Made by a program: the position numbers and the translations under genes
In this document: piece by piece, positions 60,966 through 64,000 of the stretch
How the letters are laid out: each line of letters starts with the position of its first letter
Numbering within the stretch: the stretch's first letter is position 1
DNA from: Candidatus Multivoradales bacterium
Lineage (GTDB): Bacteria > Acidobacteriota > Thermoanaerobaculia > Multivoradales > Multivoraceae
Direction of reading: 5' to 3'
Assembly: GCA_965223325.1 (NCBI GenBank)
Contig: CBDCWI010000001.1
Location: 800,001-864,000 of the forward strand
Length of the DNA stretch: 64,000 bases
Notes under the pieces: model-generated
Told to the model about the DNA's origin: nothing
Database searches by the model: none
What the model saw: the letters and a program-made list of their open reading frames with translations, nothing else

Positions 60966-62113
60966 TCCGCCTGGTCTGGCGCAACCTGTTGCGCAACAAG
61001 CGCCGCACCATCCTCACCGTCTTGAGTGTGGCGATGGCGATCTTCCTGTTGGTTCTGCTCGGCTCCGTCCTCCAGGCGATGACCGACGTCGGCAACCCCA
61101 GTGAGGCCAGCATGCTCGTGGTTCGCAACGCGATCTCGCTCACCTTTCAGATTCCCGAGGCCTACGGCCCGCGCATCGCGGCCCTCCCCCACGTGGTGGC
61201 GGTGACACCGCTCGACTGGTTCCAGGGGGTCTACAAAGACAACCGGCCCGAGAACTTCTTCCCGCGCTTCGCTACCGATCCAGAGACTTTGCGTGACGTG
61301 TTCACCGACGTCACTGTCGATGAGGCTCAGTGGGACGACTTCCGGCGTGAACGCACCGCCTTCGCCAGCGGCCGTCGCCTGGCCGAGAAGCAGGGCTGGG
61401 AGATCGGCGATGTGATCGCCATCAAAGGCGACATCTACCCGGTCGACCTCGAGTTGACCTTGCGCGCCATCTTCACGTACCCCGGCAACGAGGGCCAGGA
61501 GAACCTGATCTACCTGCACCGTAAGTACGTTCAGGAGGCGATTGGCAACCCGGGCACGGTCAACAACTTCTGGCTCCAGATCGACGATCCGGAGAACGCA
61601 ACGGCGGTGATTCGCGAAATCGAAGGCATGTTCGAGAACTCGCAGGCCCAGGTGCGCGCCGAAACCGCTCAGGCGTTCGCACTGTCGTTCGTCAACATGC
61701 TCGGCAACGTGCGTTTTCTGTTCGGCTCGATCGGCCTGGCCATCGTGGTCTCGATTCTTCTCATCACCGCCAACACCATGGCAATGGCGGCGCGCGAAAG
61801 AACCCGTGAGGTCGCCGTGCTGCGCACCCTCGGTTTTCGCCGCGGGCAGGTCACCGCAATGGTCATTCTCGAGGCGTTGGTCGTCGGAGTGGTTGGCTCC
61901 GCCCTCGGGCTCGCCGGCGCGACGATGGTCACCCGTGCCATCGATCCGATCCTGCAGGAGAACGGCCTGTCGTTTTCGAACCTCGCCATCGACCCACAGA
62001 GAGTGGCGATCGGCCTCGCCATCGGCCTCTTGATCGGCCTCATTGCCGGCGCCTTCCCAGCCTGGACCGCATCGCGCATGAAGATCGTCGACGGCTTGAG
62101 GAGAATCGCGTGA
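60962..62113 (+). CDS. ABC transporter permease (MacB/FtsX-like)
   Basis: [24 protein letters not shown]; ATGA overlap with the ATPase gene. Confidence 0.92.
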   Translation: MIRLVWRNLLRNKRRTILTVLSVAMAIFLLVLLGSVLQAMTDVGNPSEASMLVVRNAISLTFQIPEAYGPRIAALPHVVAVTPLDWFQGVYKDNRPENFFPRFATDPETLRDVFTDVTVDEAQWDDFRRERTAFASGRRLAEKQGWEIGDVIAIKGDIYPVDLELTLRAIFTYPGNEGQENLIYLHRKYVQEAIGNPGTVNNFWLQIDDPENATAVIREIEGMFENSQAQVRAETAQAFALSFVNMLGNVRFLFGSIGLAIVVSILLITANTMAMAARERTREVAVLRTLGFRRGQVTAMVILEALVVGVVGSALGLAGATMVTRAIDPILQENGLSFSNLAIDPQRVAIGLAIGLLIGLIAGAFPAWTASRMKIVDGLRRIA

Positions 62114-63270
62114 TTCCCATCAAGTACAACGTCCGCAGCCTGTTCGCGCGTTCCGGTACAACGCTCATGACGGTGCTCTCGATTGCCTTCGTAGTCCTCG
62201 TCTACATCGGGGTGCTGGCTCTCGCCGGTGGCCTCGGTGCTGCCTTCAAGGCAGCCGGTGACGAAACGACCGTCATCGTTTTGCGCGACGGCGCGCGCTC
62301 TGAGATGGAGAGTGGCTATGCGCTCGACACGCAGCGCATTCTGGCGGCGCTACCAGGTATCGCCACCGATGAACGCGGTGAACCGCTGGTCTCGGGCGAG
62401 GCGTTTCACATCCAGATCCTCGAGAAACTCGACGGCAACGAGGCCAACGTACCAATTCGCGCCGTTTCTGAACGCGCTTTTGCGATTCGGCCCCAGGTAC
62501 GCATCGCCGAGGGGCGCCAGTTCGAGAAGGGGCAGAGCGAAGTCGTCGTCGGCAAGCAGATCGCCAATCGCTACGGGCTCGGACTCGGCTCGGAGATCAA
62601 GCTGGGCCGCAACCCGTTCCGGGTGGTCGGCGTGCTCGACTCAGGCGGCGGTGCCCTCGAATCGGAGATCTGGGGCGACGCGACCGAAATCGGTGACACC
62701 TACCGGCGCTCGAACTACGTCTCTTCGGTGCGCATCCGGGTGCCATCGAAGGCTGACATCCCGGCGATGATCGACCGCATCTCCGCCGACCAGCGGCTGC
62801 AGGTCGAAGCGATTCCTGAGACGACCTTCTTCGAACGTCAAACCGAAGGGTCGACCGCGTTGTTCATTATTCTCGGCAACGCACTGGCCGTATTGATGGC
62901 TTTTGGTGCCTGTTTCGCTGCCGCCAACACCATGTATGCCCAGGTTGCGGCGCGCTCGCGTGAAATCGGAACGCTCCGCGCGCTGGGGTTCAAGAGGCGC
63001 TCGATTCTTTCGGCGTTCGTCATTGAAGCGTTGGTTCTCGGGCTCGCCGCGGGCCTTCTCGGAGCCCTTCTGAGCCTGCCGCTCAACGGTTTCACCACCG
63101 GAACGATGAACCAGGCCGCCTTCTCCGAGGTGAGCTTTGCGCTGCGGACCACGCCGCCGATTCTTCTCGGTGGAGTGATGTTGGCGACCTTCACCGCTCT
63201 CATCGGCGGCCTTCTGCCGGCGATCTCGGCCTCGCGACAACCGATCACGTCACTCCTGCGCAGCACCTGA
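62110..63270 (+). CDS. ABC transporter permease (MacB/FtsX-like), second subunit
   Basis: RSREIGTLRALGF, GGLLPA; GTGA overlap with the previous gene. Confidence 0.92.
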   Translation: MIPIKYNVRSLFARSGTTLMTVLSIAFVVLVYIGVLALAGGLGAAFKAAGDETTVIVLRDGARSEMESGYALDTQRILAALPGIATDERGEPLVSGEAFHIQILEKLDGNEANVPIRAVSERAFAIRPQVRIAEGRQFEKGQSEVVVGKQIANRYGLGLGSEIKLGRNPFRVVGVLDSGGGALESEIWGDATEIGDTYRRSNYVSSVRIRVPSKADIPAMIDRISADQRLQVEAIPETTFFERQTEGSTALFIILGNALAVLMAFGACFAAANTMYAQVAARSREIGTLRALGFKRRSILSAFVIEALVLGLAAGLLGALLSLPLNGFTTGTMNQAAFSEVSFALRTTPPILLGGVMLATFTALIGGLLPAISASRQPITSLLRST

Positions 63271-63302
63271 GTCCGGGGGCTTTTCAAAGGCTCAGTCGCC
63301 CG

Positions 63303-64000
63303 GTGAACTTCTACCAAATGCTCCAGGACCGGATGGCGCTCGACGAGCACGGCAACCATCCGTGTCTGGGTTCGGGAGCACTCGAGAACACGAGCTCCCG
63401 CCACCTGCCGCTCAGCTACCGCCAGCTCGATGCCTTCGCCGGGCGCCTGGCGAGCGGCCTCGCCGAGCGCGGTGTCGCGCCCGGCGACCGCGTTGTCTGC
63501 CAGGTCGACAAGGGGCCGGCGGCTCTGGCTCTCTATCTCGCGGTGCTGCGCCACGGCGCCGTGTATGTGCCGCTCAACCCGGCCTACACCAAAGAGGAGG
63601 TGCGCTTCTTTCTCGAAGATGCGGCGCCGCACCTGTTCGTTGGCCGGAGCGCAGCGCGCCAGGAACTCGAACCACTCGCGCACAAAGCCGGGGTTCAGGC
63701 TGTCGAGTGGCTAGCTGGAATGACCGAAGAGACCGAGGCCCGCACTGGCCCCGACTTTGCCGAGCAGGTGGCCGAACTCGACCCGAGTCCCGAAATCGCC
63801 GCTCGCCAGGGTTCGGACCTTGCGGGCATCTTCTACACCTCAGGCACCACCGGGCGCTCGAAAGGCGCGGGACTCACTCACCGGAACCTCGCCGAGAATG
63901 CAACCGCACTTCACGCTGCCTGGGGCTTCGAAGAAGGTGACGTGCTCTTGCATGCCCTCCCCATCTTTCACATCCATGGGTTGTTCGTCGCTCTCCACAC
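63303..64000 (+). CDS. Malonyl-CoA synthetase (MatB)-like AMP-binding enzyme, truncated by the window end
   Basis: Own translation: VYVPLNPAYT, YTSGTTGRSKG, LLHALPIFHIHGLFVA; absent from the ORF track because there is no stop in the window. Confidence 0.85.
   Translation, partial: MNFYQMLQDRMALDEHGNHPCLGSGALENTSSRHLPLSYRQLDAFAGRLASGLAERGVAPGDRVVCQVDKGPAALALYLAVLRHGAVYVPLNPAYTKEEVRFFLEDAAPHLFVGRSAARQELEPLAHKAGVQAVEWLAGMTEETEARTGPDFAEQVAELDPSPEIAARQGSDLAGIFYTSGTTGRSKGAGLTHRNLAENATALHAAWGFEEGDVLLHALPIFHIHGLFVALH

Overview
GC-rich bacterial chromosomal segment; the gene content (FHA-GAF-sigma54 activator, Ser/Thr kinase-PD40 fusion, DUF6644-like pair, TonB receptor) suggests an Acidobacteria-like diderm, which is an inference. 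About 50 mostly ordinary metabolic, transport and signalling genes are present. Two regions stand out. (1) 19931-24175, between two convergent genes, is a 4.2-kb quasi-palindrome: five 235-bp tandem units face four inverted, diverged 231-bp units of the same structured repeat family. One unit carries an intact group II intron (RT/maturase) whose putative EBS1 is complementary to a site present in every unit. (2) 56700-58700 holds a MerB-like organomercury-lyase gene with an in-frame TGA at the catalytic-Cys position followed by a SECIS-like hairpin (probable selenoprotein). It is bracketed by an inverted repeat pair, a G/T microsatellite and a G-rich 139-bp tandem array. Also notable: tandem ppk2 genes, one with a histone-H1-like tail, and many apparently leaderless genes. 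No rRNA, tRNA or CRISPR array was recognised. All family calls are by motif recognition, not database search.
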